DNA of 64,000 nucleotides. Source: an uncultured Verrucomicrobiae bacterium. Its GTDB lineage: Bacteria; Verrucomicrobiota; Verrucomicrobiia; Chthoniobacterales; JAFAMB01. The DNA lies in NCBI GenBank assembly GCA_963813025.1, contig CAWEXO010000013.1, positions 576,001-640,000 on the forward strand. The letters are read 5' to 3'. Below, piece after piece: positions 40,977-50,549 of this stretch (positions are counted from its first letter, which is position 1; every line of letters begins with the position of its first letter). The notes under the pieces are model-generated. The model was given only the letters and a program-made list of their open reading frames with translations. It was not told the DNA's origin and made no database searches. The position numbers were made by a program, and so were the translations under genes.

Positions 40977-41567
40977 ATGCGACACCAGGAATCGATGACC
41001 ACAGGTCGCCTCTGCTTGCGCCCGTTTCGGATTCGCGATGCAGCGCGGGTTTACGAACTTCTCCAGGATCGACGGATCAGCCAGAACACTTTCAATATCC
41101 CTTATCCGTATGAGGAAGAGATGGCGGAGCGCTGGATTGCCACGCATCAAACGATTTTCTTCGAGGATCGTGGCGCGGTTTTTGCCGTCTGCCTAAGACA
41201 ACAGGCGGTGCTCATCGGCGCTATCAGCCTCACGGTCAATCGGGCCGAAAACTCGGCCGAACTTGGTTATTGGATTGGCGTGCCGTTCTGGAACCAAGGT
41301 TATTGTACGGAGGCGGCGGAAGCTTTGGTTTTTTACGGTTTCGATGTCCTGCGATGTCGTCGCATCCACGCTCGCCGGCTGGAAAGCAATCTCCAATCGG
41401 GGCGGGTTCTTGAAAAAATCGGAATGCGGCAGGAGGGTCAGCGAGTTGAACCCATTCTGCAGGGGGGTGGTTGCCGGACGTCCATTCTCTACCGATTGCG
41501 CGACGAGCGTCCGAGAACCGGAAAAACTCGGCAGGATGACTGTGACCCATCGCGGCAGGAAGATTAG
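40977..41567 (+). CDS. GNAT acetyltransferase, RimJ/RimL family
   Basis: TGRLCLRPF, NIPYPY, AELGYWIG..FWNQGYCTEA, S.RVLEKIGM..EG. Confidence 0.9.
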   Translation: MRHQESMTTGRLCLRPFRIRDAARVYELLQDRRISQNTFNIPYPYEEEMAERWIATHQTIFFEDRGAVFAVCLRQQAVLIGAISLTVNRAENSAELGYWIGVPFWNQGYCTEAAEALVFYGFDVLRCRRIHARRLESNLQSGRVLEKIGMRQEGQRVEPILQGGGCRTSILYRLRDERPRTGKTRQDDCDPSRQED

Positions 41568-41571
41568 TAAT

Positions 41572-42390
41572 ATGCGACGGAACGCATTGCGAACACTGTG
41601 GGAACGGGGGACTTACGGGGTCAATGGATGGTTAGCCTTGCCGTGCAGCTTCTCCGCCGAGCTCATGGCGCACCAGGGGTGGAACTCGCTGACCATCGAT
41701 TTGCAACATGGACTGGTCGATTACCAGATGGCTGTGCAGATGCTCCAGGCCATTTCGACTACGGACACGGTGCCGCTGGTCCGGGTTCCCGGCCTCGATC
41801 CCGCAATGATCATGAAGCTGCTCGACGCTGGTGCCTACGGGATCATCTGTCCTTTGATCAATAGTGCAGCCGATGTGATCAGGCTTGTGGCAGCGTGTCG
41901 GTATCCTCCGCAGGGAAGCAGAAGTTCCGGACCCATCCGGGCCAGCATCTACGCCGGTCCGGACTATGTTGCGCAGGCAAACGGCGAGATCCTGGCGATT
42001 GCGATGATTGAGACTCGACCTGCCCTGGAGCAGCTGGACGAGATTCTGTCGGTCGGAGGTTTGGATGCGATTTATGTCGGACCCTCCGACCTGGCGCTGG
42101 CGCTCGGGTACAGACCGAGACTTGATCCCACCGAAAAGGCAGTGGTAGACGCCATAGAGTACGTCTTGGCGCGGGCACTGGAGGCAAAAATTCCGGCCGG
42201 TATTCATACCGAATCGCCAGTGTACGCGGAGCAGATGTTAGCGAAGGGGTTCCGCTTTGTCACAGTTGGTACCGACGTGCGTCTGCTCCAAGCCAAGGCT
42301 ACCGAGGTTCTTCAAGCGATGCGCCGGAGTCCTGGTCCGCCCAAACACAACGTCGTACGCGAATCTGACAAGAAAAACCATGGATACTGA
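41572..42390 (+). CDS. HpcH/HpaI aldolase family protein
   Basis: IDLQHG, LVRVP, LLDAGAYG, RYPPQGSR, MIET, YVGPSDL. Confidence 0.92.
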   Translation: MRRNALRTLWERGTYGVNGWLALPCSFSAELMAHQGWNSLTIDLQHGLVDYQMAVQMLQAISTTDTVPLVRVPGLDPAMIMKLLDAGAYGIICPLINSAADVIRLVAACRYPPQGSRSSGPIRASIYAGPDYVAQANGEILAIAMIETRPALEQLDEILSVGGLDAIYVGPSDLALALGYRPRLDPTEKAVVDAIEYVLARALEAKIPAGIHTESPVYAEQMLAKGFRFVTVGTDVRLLQAKATEVLQAMRRSPGPPKHNVVRESDKKNHGY

Positions 42391-42826
42391 GAGTACTTTG
42401 GAGACGGAACGAATGATCGCTCGGGAACGCAGTTCAGAAGAGGCGCGACAGACCGTTTTGACCAGCCGAATGCTCATTCAGAGCATGATTCTGATCAATG
42501 GTGCCGGCGTAGTCACAGTCTTGGGTTTCTTCAGGGCGCACACGGACGTGGTGCTTCACCCGGCAACCGTTCCGATTATTGTTCTGCTGTTTTGTCTCGG
42601 GATCTTTACTGCGGTGTTTGCTGGCCTGTATCTGCGACGAACCAATCAGGCGTGGGCAGAATTTTGGGAATTGAAGAGTTACCCTGAAAGTAGCGAGCGC
42701 CAGCAGGCAGCCGGCCAACTCCGCCAGCAGGTGAATCGGAGCAAGCAGTGGTCTACCGGGCTCATCGTGTGCAGTGAGATGTTCTTTCTCGTGGCCAGCG
42801 TCAGTCTGGCAATCTCTCTCGTCTAG
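42380..42826 (+). CDS. Hypothetical membrane protein
   Basis: Three hydrophobic segments; start overlaps the aldolase end. Confidence 0.65.
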   Translation: MDTESTLETERMIARERSSEEARQTVLTSRMLIQSMILINGAGVVTVLGFFRAHTDVVLHPATVPIIVLLFCLGIFTAVFAGLYLRRTNQAWAEFWELKSYPESSERQQAAGQLRQQVNRSKQWSTGLIVCSEMFFLVASVSLAISLV

Positions 42827-42954
42827 TGCCTCAAAACGATGACATGGTCCGGCCTGCCAAAAATCGCTTGCACCGCGGCGCGCAGACTCCTATATAAGCT
42901 CCTCCCGCTGAGCCGGGTCGAAAATCGCATCTCGCAACGCGGCGCTAAGCTGAC

Positions 42955-43037
42955 GGGTAGGTACCGAAGCGGCCAAACGGGGCAGACTGTAAATCTGCTG
43001 GCTTACGCCTTCGCTGGTTCGAATCCAGCCCTGCCCA
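42955..43037 (+). tRNA. tRNA-Tyr (GTA)
   Basis: gggtagg/cctgccc acceptor stem, gcaga-ctgtaaa-tctgc anticodon arm, long variable arm, GGTTCGAATCC; CCA not encoded. Confidence 0.97.
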
Positions 43038-43331
43038 TTTCCGCTGCCAAAGCCTAAGAGCAGCCACCAGAGCGGTTTCAATGGTGGGAGCTGACGCCTG
43101 AACCGGCTGTTTCGTTCGATTTATTCAAAGTGATTCCTTCGATGAAATAGCTGGATTTTGGGCAGTTTGGGTACATTTTTGGTCAGTCGTGGTCAGTCGA
43201 TCTGGACTGACCTCCAATACTCTAAAACCATGAAAACCACTGTCACCCTCACCCATATCGAGGCGTTTAATTGCCCGCACCGTGTGGCATTCACTCGTCG
43301 GACTTAGCCTTGCATTTTTTAAGACCCGGCA

Positions 43332-43886
43332 ATGTCAAAGAAAAAAGGGCGTCCAAGTAAGGCAAAAAATCCAAAAAATGCAGCATGGATGGTAGTGCAT
43401 AAGAAAGCACTCTCCGCACTCTCGGGAGCGATGACTTTGATCGGTTTCATTGTCGCCGTGATTACCTTCTATCCGAGACCCACTGTAACACAGAGCGATC
43501 CGGTGGATCCCAGCAATCCATTCTCAGCATCTTTTACTATCACAAATAACACCTTCATCCCACTTGAACATGTCACTGCATTTCTAGGCATTGGTCAGAT
43601 TGAAAGTGAACCCGCGGCAGCGATCCCGAATTTTCACCCGAATTTTAGCACCCATCTGGTTAAGACGAACGATTGGGAGAACCATTATCTCGGTAGAGAC
43701 GAACGATTTGCTATTACGCCTTCGGATATCTTTTCGAAGGGAAGCGGCAAAATAAGCTTCGCAGACGTTGCGATCGGCATCACGTATAAACCGTGGTTTC
43801 TGCCGTGGAAAATGGAAAAGATGTTCCGCTTTGTAACGCACAAACAACCCAACGGTCTGTACTGGTACTCTTTTCCTTTGAATTAA
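43332..43886 (+). CDS. Hypothetical protein with one N-terminal TM helix (cargo)
   Basis: 184 aa ORF, lower GC, hydrophobic segment at about aa 27-47. Confidence 0.7.
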   Translation: MSKKKGRPSKAKNPKNAAWMVVHKKALSALSGAMTLIGFIVAVITFYPRPTVTQSDPVDPSNPFSASFTITNNTFIPLEHVTAFLGIGQIESEPAAAIPNFHPNFSTHLVKTNDWENHYLGRDERFAITPSDIFSKGSGKISFADVAIGITYKPWFLPWKMEKMFRFVTHKQPNGLYWYSFPLN

Positions 43887-44188
43887 AGCATCTACCGAAT
43901 GATCAAAACACCAAAGATCAAAACACCAAAAATCGGCCAACAGTGGGGCACCCGTCGCGCGCGCATTAATTCTGCTGCCGCCGGGCGACACTCTCGGCAA
44001 GCTCGGTCTCCATTTCTTTCGCCGGTCGAACAAGTCCCTTCCAAGCTTCTTCTTCTTCGGAATGAGCTAGCGGAGCTCTACGACTTTACCAACTCTTGAA
44101 AACTTTCGTCCTCGCTTATAGGAGAAACTCGAGCACAGGCATCAGAGCCGCCCTCCTCCGAGTCGAGCTTGTGCCTCAGGTCGGCGAA

Positions 44189-44422
44189 CTAGATGCCGCC
44201 GCTCGGAGGATTTAGCGAATCAATCGGTTCGGTTTCGGAGCAGGAGAAATACCGGGCTCTCAGCACACAGCTGACGAAATGCCCTGGCGTAGTTCCCAAT
44301 CGCTGACACTCGGCTCGGATCATGGAAGTTGTCGCTCGAGGCAACTGCCAACCGACGCATTCAGTATTAGCCGGCGGCCGGCCGTTTGGGCGGGAGGCTT
44401 TGACGTGGGTCGCATGACGCAC
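44189..44422 (-). CDS. RHH-like small DNA-binding protein, copy A1
   Basis: GRPPANTECVGWQLPRATTSMIRAECQRLG; differences from copy A2 in the core are synonymous. Confidence 0.7.
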   Translation of the reverse strand: MRHATHVKASRPNGRPPANTECVGWQLPRATTSMIRAECQRLGTTPGHFVSCVLRARYFSCSETEPIDSLNPPSGGI

Positions 44423-44489
44423 GCCTTCACCGTAGCAGATTTGTCCGGGTTTTTGCTAGGAGCAACTCGAGAGATTTTGTTCCTGGAAC

Positions 44490-44687
44490 ATGCCGACCGC
44501 CACAAAATCTCGCGCCGGACGGCCCCGGCTGGGTGATGAACGGATCGATGTGACTCTGCCGCGATCGGTTGCTAATCAGTTGCGCAGCTTCGAGAATCTG
44601 ACGGGCAAGTACCGCACCCGGATCGTGGCCAATATCATCACAAACGTTCTGGCCGATCCGGAAGCCACGCAACGCTTCCTCCACTAG
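44490..44687 (+). CDS. RHH-like small DNA-binding protein B1
   Basis: GRPRLGDERIDVTLPRSVANQLR...RTRIVANII. Confidence 0.75.
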   Translation: MPTATKSRAGRPRLGDERIDVTLPRSVANQLRSFENLTGKYRTRIVANIITNVLADPEATQRFLH

Positions 44688-44876
44688 AACTTGAACGCCT
44701 CCCGATTTGAGCGTTGCTTCGTTATGCCCATAATTTCACCTATCATCTTAGATCGTCCTACTCGGCCAAGCTCTCCAAAGGTGCACCGGATGACTCCTCG
44801 AGTCCCTCGTCCCTCCAGGAGAAGTTCAAGCAGGGGCACTAGCCACCGAGTCGAGTTCGTGCATCAAGTCGGCGAA

Positions 44877-45113
44877 CTAGATGCGGCCGCGCGGAGGCTT
44901 TAGCCCGAGTAGAGTCTGTTCGGTTTCGGAGCAGGAGAAATACCGGGTCATCAGCACACAGCTGACGAAATGCCCCGGCGTAGTTCCCAACCGCTGACAC
45001 TCGGCACGGATCATGGAGGTGGTCGCTCGGGGCAACTGCCAACCAACGCATTCAGTATTAGCCGGCGGCCGGCCGTTTGGGCGGGAAGCTTTGCCGTGAG
45101 TCGCATGACGCAC
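44877..45113 (-). CDS. RHH-like small DNA-binding protein, copy A2
   Basis: Near-identical protein to 44189-44422. Confidence 0.7.
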   Translation of the reverse strand: MRHATHGKASRPNGRPPANTECVGWQLPRATTSMIRAECQRLGTTPGHFVSCVLMTRYFSCSETEQTLLGLKPPRGRI

Positions 45114-45181
45114 GCATTCACCGTAGCAGATTTGTCCGGGTTTTTGCTAGGGCCGACTTTGCCCGCGAAAAGTCTGTTTCA

Positions 45182-45499
45182 ATGGCGAGAAAGATCGGCC
45201 GCCCACGAGTCGGTGATGAGCGAATGCAGTTGACCATTCCTCGCAACGTTTTCGACCGATTGCGTGAACTGGAGACCCAGACCGGCGAATACCGAACGGC
45301 GATCGCTCGCAAAATCATTGCTCAAGAGCTGATGGGCGCAGACTCCGGAATTTGCCAGCTGGCCGACTCCCAGAGGACCGCACCTCCACCAAAGTCCAAT
45401 CTCCAGCACACCAGCAAGCTTTTGCCGCCTCCGGCTGAAGTCGAGCTGGATCGGCTCTTGAACCTGGCTGGCGATCTCGGGGGGAGTCTGCCTCGCTAG
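45182..45499 (+). CDS. RHH-like small DNA-binding protein B2
   Basis: MARKIGRPRVGDERMQLTIPRNVFDRLRELE..TGEYRTAIARKII; paralogue of B1. Confidence 0.75.
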   Translation: MARKIGRPRVGDERMQLTIPRNVFDRLRELETQTGEYRTAIARKIIAQELMGADSGICQLADSQRTAPPPKSNLQHTSKLLPPPAEVELDRLLNLAGDLGGSLPR

Positions 45500-45508
45500 G
45501 AGGAAACC

Positions 45509-45661
45509 ATGGCGCAGGGTGGAAAACGACCAGGAGCAGAGCGACGCCCGATCGAGGACAGCATCACCGTAAAATGGCGGGTGCCTCGGGATGTGCATTC
45601 GGCGATAGTGGCTGAAGCTCCCCCGGCAGCAATTGCGGTGATCACCGGCTGCCACTCATAA
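45509..45661 (+). CDS. 50-aa RHH-like protein (not in ORF track)
   Basis: AGGAGG RBS; MAQGGKRPGAERRPIEDSITVKWRVPRDVHSAIVAEA. Confidence 0.55.
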   Translation: MAQGGKRPGAERRPIEDSITVKWRVPRDVHSAIVAEAPPAAIAVITGCHS

Positions 45662-45823
45662 AAACGTGGAGTCGAATTCGCACGTCATTCGCAGCGCTTT
45701 GTGCCGCTTCGGATTGGTTTCGGCGAGTTGCCCTTTTTTCCTTCGCTCGGCGCTACCACTCTCAAATTACCGCCGCTTCGTCGTGGACTTCGCCAACCGC
45801 GTCGGCAGTACATGTCGTTACGG

Positions 45824-46630
45824 TTATGGTGCTGAAGGGCTAGCAGTGCCGGAACCGGTGACTGCTGAGACAGCACTCCCTTGAGGAGGATGGTCGAGTA
45901 GATTCATCACTTGAATTTCGGAAGACTGCAGAGCGATCAACTTTTTGTCTGAATTCTGGACAACCACATAACGGTTCAATTCGAGGACGACCCGCCCTTC
46001 GAACTTTGAATGATCTTTCATCATGATCGTCCGAAAAGAGAGTATCGGACCGGCGATCGTTAGGAAATAGAGTCCTGTCCAAAAGGAAAATGCTAATATC
46101 CAAATAGTAATCTGAATGAAGGAAGAGAAGAGCGGAGGCAACCGAAACAAGTGGACCCAACCCGGGATTAAGGTTAAGGACACCAACAGGACTACAGTCG
46201 GACAGTACCACCATGCGAACAACGTCAAAAGGATGTCCTTAGGAAAAGCTTGTATGACGACGAAGACGATTCCAAGGACTGCATAAAAGAGAGGCTTGTT
46301 AAGGTTGGCCAACCAACGCGGCAAGCTGATAATTGACTCACGGAATCGCTTCCTGTCCTCGACGTTAGCCGCCAAGACGCTGGGAGGCCGCTCAATACCC
46401 AAGCGAAACAACATGCCAATAACAACCCCAACCCCCATCGATGTCGGAATTGCCCAGCTGGGTGCAACCCGGAGATAGTCGGAGAGATCACAGAGTCCTA
46501 AGAGGTTGTGATTCAACCCCAACGAGAGGCCAGAGACGAAAAGAAGCGAGGCAAGGAATACGACAGCGCTGAGGAAAGTAAATCCGACTGTGAGATTCGG
46601 CCACTTCGATGAAATGTCATTATCCGCCAT
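45824..46630 (-). CDS. Hypothetical multi-pass membrane protein (cargo)
   Basis: About 5 hydrophobic segments; start chosen at MADND. Confidence 0.7.
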   Translation of the reverse strand: MADNDISSKWPNLTVGFTFLSAVVFLASLLFVSGLSLGLNHNLLGLCDLSDYLRVAPSWAIPTSMGVGVVIGMLFRLGIERPPSVLAANVEDRKRFRESIISLPRWLANLNKPLFYAVLGIVFVVIQAFPKDILLTLFAWWYCPTVVLLVSLTLIPGWVHLFRLPPLFSSFIQITIWILAFSFWTGLYFLTIAGPILSFRTIMMKDHSKFEGRVVLELNRYVVVQNSDKKLIALQSSEIQVMNLLDHPPQGSAVSAVTGSGTASPSAP

Positions 46631-46803
46631 CTTGAGAGGAGTGAACCCAGGCCGATTTGTCGAGGCCTGGTCGACAAGTATTTCAACGCAAACTGGTCCA
46701 AATCGAGCTGAAAAAACGGCCTCGACTGAAAGATGGGGAGGAGACATCCCTTGCCCCCCTTAAGTGGTCTCTACTTCCATGAAACCCGTCCCGCCGAATC
46801 CAA

Positions 46804-47439
46804 ATGATGATTGAAACCGCGGGAGACTTCTACAAGGCGATTGCTGAACGCCGGCGCGAGGAGCGAGCGGCAATCAAAGCTTTTATTGAAGGTGCAGTAT
46901 CCGGAGATACCGAATTGTTTAGTTCCGGGATCCGCTTGGTAGACAAGCATTGTGTTTGGAATCGCGCCTTCCGGGCCATAGCCCGACACTCAGCCGCAAA
47001 AGAGGTACGCGACTACTTTCAATGGTCATGGCTATCCTCGGGCGACCACATTCGCGGCGAGGTGAACAGCGATCTTATCCTAATTGCCGGATTACGGGCT
47101 CTCTTGCCTCCTTATCGGGGCTCGGCAATCCGGCTCTACCGCGGGGACAGCGCACATAACCGCCGCCACCGCACCTACGGACTATCTTGGACTGCAAATA
47201 TCGACATTGCGCGGGCCCACGCCGGAGGCATCTGGCGCACCTTCAAGGGCGGAAGCGTAGTGCTTACCACCGTAGCTTCCCCCGAATCAACCATTTGGGC
47301 TTGCAAGGCTGAAGGTGATCACTACCAAGAGGACGAATATGTTGTCGATCGTCGCTGGTTAAAAGTCGATGTGATTGAGCGGCTTTCTCAGATTTCGATT
47401 AGAGAACATGCAAAGAAGAAAAAGGATGCCGAACAGTAA
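46804..47439 (+). CDS. Putative ADP-ribosyltransferase-fold protein
   Basis: IRLYRG ... GLSWT ... QEDEYVV, an R-S-E-like arrangement. Confidence 0.55.
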   Translation: MMIETAGDFYKAIAERRREERAAIKAFIEGAVSGDTELFSSGIRLVDKHCVWNRAFRAIARHSAAKEVRDYFQWSWLSSGDHIRGEVNSDLILIAGLRALLPPYRGSAIRLYRGDSAHNRRHRTYGLSWTANIDIARAHAGGIWRTFKGGSVVLTTVASPESTIWACKAEGDHYQEDEYVVDRRWLKVDVIERLSQISIREHAKKKKDAEQ

Positions 47440-47469
47440 CCAGCCGCCTAGTGCTCTGGAATTCGCCAA

Positions 47470-49491
47470 TCACCACACAACCGGCCGGTTCTGGACTCCG
47501 TACCGGCGCTGGGGCGTGGGCGTGCTCTCTCCTTCCACGCTGATCGAACGTTCAGCCGGCTGATAGACGATATCCCGTCGCACCGGCTGTGCTCCCCATT
47601 GAGCTGTGGTCACGCCCGGCTGGGATTGGGAATGATCGCCTGCAGGAGCTTCAGTCTGGACCGGTATCTCCTCCAGGTTGAGCCGCAAGGATTCAGTCGC
47701 GACCATGATCATGGCGAGGCAATCCAGGGCTTCGTTCCGTCGGCTCCCGATCCGTTTCCAGCTTGAGACCCGCACGCCGTTCCGGTAGCGGACCTCCTTT
47801 GTCTCCGCACGAAGTTGGGCAAAGAAGTTGTCGTCAAAGCCGCGGACCGCTTCTCCGGAAGGACCGCAACAGAGATGGATGTAGCCTGGTCCCGGCTCAG
47901 TCAAAGCCAGGGCTTCGGCTACCCGGTCCTTTGCCAGGTCAGGCGAAACGTTGACCACCTGACAACGCTCCGTCGTATTCTGGCCGATCCGGTAAAGCTG
48001 GCTCCCGGAAAGCGACAGCCCGCGGGAAGCGATCAAGTGCGGATGCCGTTTCTTGCATTCGCGATAGACCGCGCTGCCATGATGGCCGCCAGCATCCATG
48101 AGTGAACGCCGGATTCGCATAAAGCTGCCATCGCCGCGTTTCCACATCTTTTGCACAACCAGCGCGTCCAGCTGCTTGGCGACCTCGGCGGTCTGGGTCG
48201 TGATCGAGCCTTGAATCTCACCGAACTCCAGGAGCCAGAGCTCGCGGCCTTTGCCGACTCCGGCAACCAGATACTGCAGATAATGATCTTGGGTATCAAC
48301 TGCACCTACCAACACCTTGACTGGATCAGGCGCCTCGGCCGGGTAGACCTCACGCCGGTCGTTCAGGTTCTCGCTTGCCACCTCAATCCGAGGCGGAACG
48401 TAGGGCTCAGCCAACCTGGTATTGAGAAACGCTCGGAACGCGCTGGAATCGCCCGCCTGGCGCAGATGCTCGGCCGCTCTGAACTCAGAGTGAACGATGC
48501 GCCAGTCAATGAAGGGACTCACCCAGCAGCCTAGGTGGAACCCGCGACGGAACGGGTGCTGGGCGTGCGCTCGCCACTCTCCGTCTCGTTCCAGCCAAGT
48601 CGCCTGATCATAGCTCCGGCCGCACTCCAGGCAGGTGCACTCGCCACTCTCAAAGATCATCTCCGGCAACCCGAGAATCTGGAAATGACCGTGAGGACAC
48701 TGACTGTAGTAGTGCTCTTCGGTTGAATCCCGGAATAGCGCGGTGATCCGGCAGCTTTGTTCCTCTACGGGCGAGCTGGAATAGATGATCTTGGCTTGGG
48801 AGCCGAACGTGCTCGTTCTGACCTTCGCCAGCTGGATGACATCGCCTTCCGCGGTTCGACCGACCGCCATCAAAGGAAGCCGGCTGACTTCCTCGAAAAA
48901 CAGGTACTTGATCGGGCGCATCGAAAGACCCGTCGCGCTCAGGCCGGCGACGATAGCAAGCTGGCAACCGTTCTCAAAACTCTTGCGGAACATCGAGTTA
49001 TCTGATCCGGGTCCGCCGATCTGTTCGGACACGAAGGGCCGAGCAATCGGCGAATCTCGGAGCATCGGATCAATCCGGTCCAGGCTCATCGAGCGGCAAG
49101 CTTGCAAGGTTGGGCAAATCAGGAGCATCGGCGCCGGATCGGTGGCCGAGAAAAACAAGATTGGATTTAGCGTGGCAAACTCGGACTTGCCGACTTGAGA
49201 CGCGGCCATGATACACACTTCGCGGACGTTAGTGTCGGCGATTGCGCGGGTGATCTCCTCGCCATAAGGAACCCGGCTGAAATGCCAGGGACCAGGCTCG
49301 GCGCTGGCTTCTACTGACAGTCTCCGGTAGCGCTCCAGCCAGGCGATCACATCCATCGGTTCAGGTGGTCGAGCGATCAGAGCAAGCTGTCCGAAGAGCT
49401 CTCGCAAAGCCCGAGGGTCATCATAGCCCAGGCCCTGAGAAACGCGTTCCTGTGGCTTCCTAGCGCGTTTGTTTTTGGCTGAACTCGCCAT
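47470..49491 (-). CDS. Phage terminase large subunit, lambda GpA family
   Basis: AEPGPW...VPY, MAASQVGKSE Walker A, PIKYLFFEEVSR, SSP, CPHG..Q, GFHL..WVSPF..W, FLNTRLAEPY, AVDTQD, MDAGGH, RNEALDC. Confidence 0.94.
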   Translation of the reverse strand: MASSAKNKRARKPQERVSQGLGYDDPRALRELFGQLALIARPPEPMDVIAWLERYRRLSVEASAEPGPWHFSRVPYGEEITRAIADTNVREVCIMAASQVGKSEFATLNPILFFSATDPAPMLLICPTLQACRSMSLDRIDPMLRDSPIARPFVSEQIGGPGSDNSMFRKSFENGCQLAIVAGLSATGLSMRPIKYLFFEEVSRLPLMAVGRTAEGDVIQLAKVRTSTFGSQAKIIYSSSPVEEQSCRITALFRDSTEEHYYSQCPHGHFQILGLPEMIFESGECTCLECGRSYDQATWLERDGEWRAHAQHPFRRGFHLGCWVSPFIDWRIVHSEFRAAEHLRQAGDSSAFRAFLNTRLAEPYVPPRIEVASENLNDRREVYPAEAPDPVKVLVGAVDTQDHYLQYLVAGVGKGRELWLLEFGEIQGSITTQTAEVAKQLDALVVQKMWKRGDGSFMRIRRSLMDAGGHHGSAVYRECKKRHPHLIASRGLSLSGSQLYRIGQNTTERCQVVNVSPDLAKDRVAEALALTEPGPGYIHLCCGPSGEAVRGFDDNFFAQLRAETKEVRYRNGVRVSSWKRIGSRRNEALDCLAMIMVATESLRLNLEEIPVQTEAPAGDHSQSQPGVTTAQWGAQPVRRDIVYQPAERSISVEGESTPTPQRRYGVQNRPVVW

Positions 49492-50014
49492 TTTTGTCCG
49501 AATCCGGATTCTGGAGCAATACGGACAAAGTTGCGAGAGCATCCAATATTTCCCCTTCCAAGACTGCCGATACCTCCAGGTGATCTTTGGCTTGGAACAG
49601 CCGTCGGCTTACCCGTGCAGGGAGGGATAAGAGTTGCCGGCGGAAGACCGTGATCGCTTGCCCGAAGCTCGCCAATACCTGCGCCTGAGGAACCAGCGCG
49701 CCGCGGCGCACCGCCACCTCCAGTTCTGTCCGAGCACGGGACGCGGCAGCGCCGTCAGCCCGTTCCCTGAGCCATTTGCGCCGAGCTTGCGCGTCATCCC
49801 GGCGTTGATAATCCACATAAGCGCTGAGCGTTGCGATCAGTGGGTACAGGTTCTGGTTAGTGTTCTGTGGGTTGATCTTGACCGGGAGCACTCCGCTCCG
49901 CCCCAGCTTGGACACCTCCGTGTCGGTGATCCGGAGAATTTGAGCAATCTCCGAAGTGGTCACCTCCAGCTCGCATAATTCTTCCAGGATCGGCGGTCGA
50001 AGTTTGCGCCCCAT
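49460..50014 (-). CDS. Phage terminase small subunit, Nu1-like
   Basis: N-terminal wHTH (VTTSEIAQIL.IT..EVSKL), coiled coil, ELEVAVRRGALVP, FRRQLLSLPAR; overlaps the TerL start. Confidence 0.85.
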   Translation of the reverse strand: MGRKLRPPILEELCELEVTTSEIAQILRITDTEVSKLGRSGVLPVKINPQNTNQNLYPLIATLSAYVDYQRRDDAQARRKWLRERADGAAASRARTELEVAVRRGALVPQAQVLASFGQAITVFRRQLLSLPARVSRRLFQAKDHLEVSAVLEGEILDALATLSVLLQNPDSDKNGEFSQKQTR

Positions 50015-50071
50015 CGGCTACAACCCGTACAGCTTTTTGTTAGGATTGTGAAAAAGTTTCCCTGAGATTTT

Positions 50072-50117
50072 GTGATCTGCTGCACCCGCTGGCTCGGAAA
50101 GTTCACGAAAGGATCCG
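50072..50117 (-). other. Putative lambda-like cos site (cosQ-cosN)
   Basis: Minus strand cGGATCCTttc...cG|GGTGCAGCAGAT|CAC, same spacing as lambda GGGTCCT...G|GGGCGGCGACCT|CGC, ~60 bp upstream of terS. Confidence 0.6.
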
Positions 50118-50151
50118 CACCCAGGGGTTCAAAACATTCGGGGCAAATGTT

Positions 50152-50451
50152 TCATTGGCTCGCCCGCAGCAAAACATCGGGATGACATGGTTGGTCAAGC
50201 CGGCACCAGCAAGCCAAGTCGTGACCGCGCAACAGGTGAAGGTTGTCCCGCATCCATTGTGCTCGGTGATCATCTGAATGAAGCAGCCAGTCTTCGAAGA
50301 GACGGACTGCAGTTGCGGCATCTGGCACGGACACATCCCCGACTCGGAACGGATTTCCAAAGTGTCCTCCCCATGTCACTACGACAGCACCGGGGGGGTT
50401 CCGATAGCCACGGACACGACGCAGCTGAACGCCATGCGGCTCAAGACTCAT
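50152..50451 (-). CDS. DUF4326 domain protein
   Basis: VQLRR..G..P..AV.V, FGNPF, LRGHDLACWC....CH.DVLL. Confidence 0.88.
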   Translation of the reverse strand: MSLEPHGVQLRRVRGYRNPPGAVVVTWGGHFGNPFRVGDVSVPDAATAVRLFEDWLLHSDDHRAQWMRDNLHLLRGHDLACWCRLDQPCHPDVLLRASQ

Positions 50452-50549
50452 GGGAAGAATAGATTCGCGGCTACAGGGGTGGGCCGTGGGGTAGCCGGTG
50501 CACGTGCTCTGCTTTAGGTTGGGGACTGGAGGATGGGAGGGGGATGGGT

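Larger units (their letters stand above)
44158..45151. repeat. ~300-bp imperfect direct repeat (44158-44460 and 44846-45151)
   Basis: Long identical runs such as gttcggtttcggagcaggagaaataccggg and ttcaccgtagcagatttgtccgggtttttgctagg. Confidence 0.95.

Noticed and set aside
44158..45151. 300-bp repeat as a DGR TR/VR pair or duplicated ncRNA
   Set aside because: Mismatches are not adenine-specific and fall at synonymous third positions of a minus-strand ORF.
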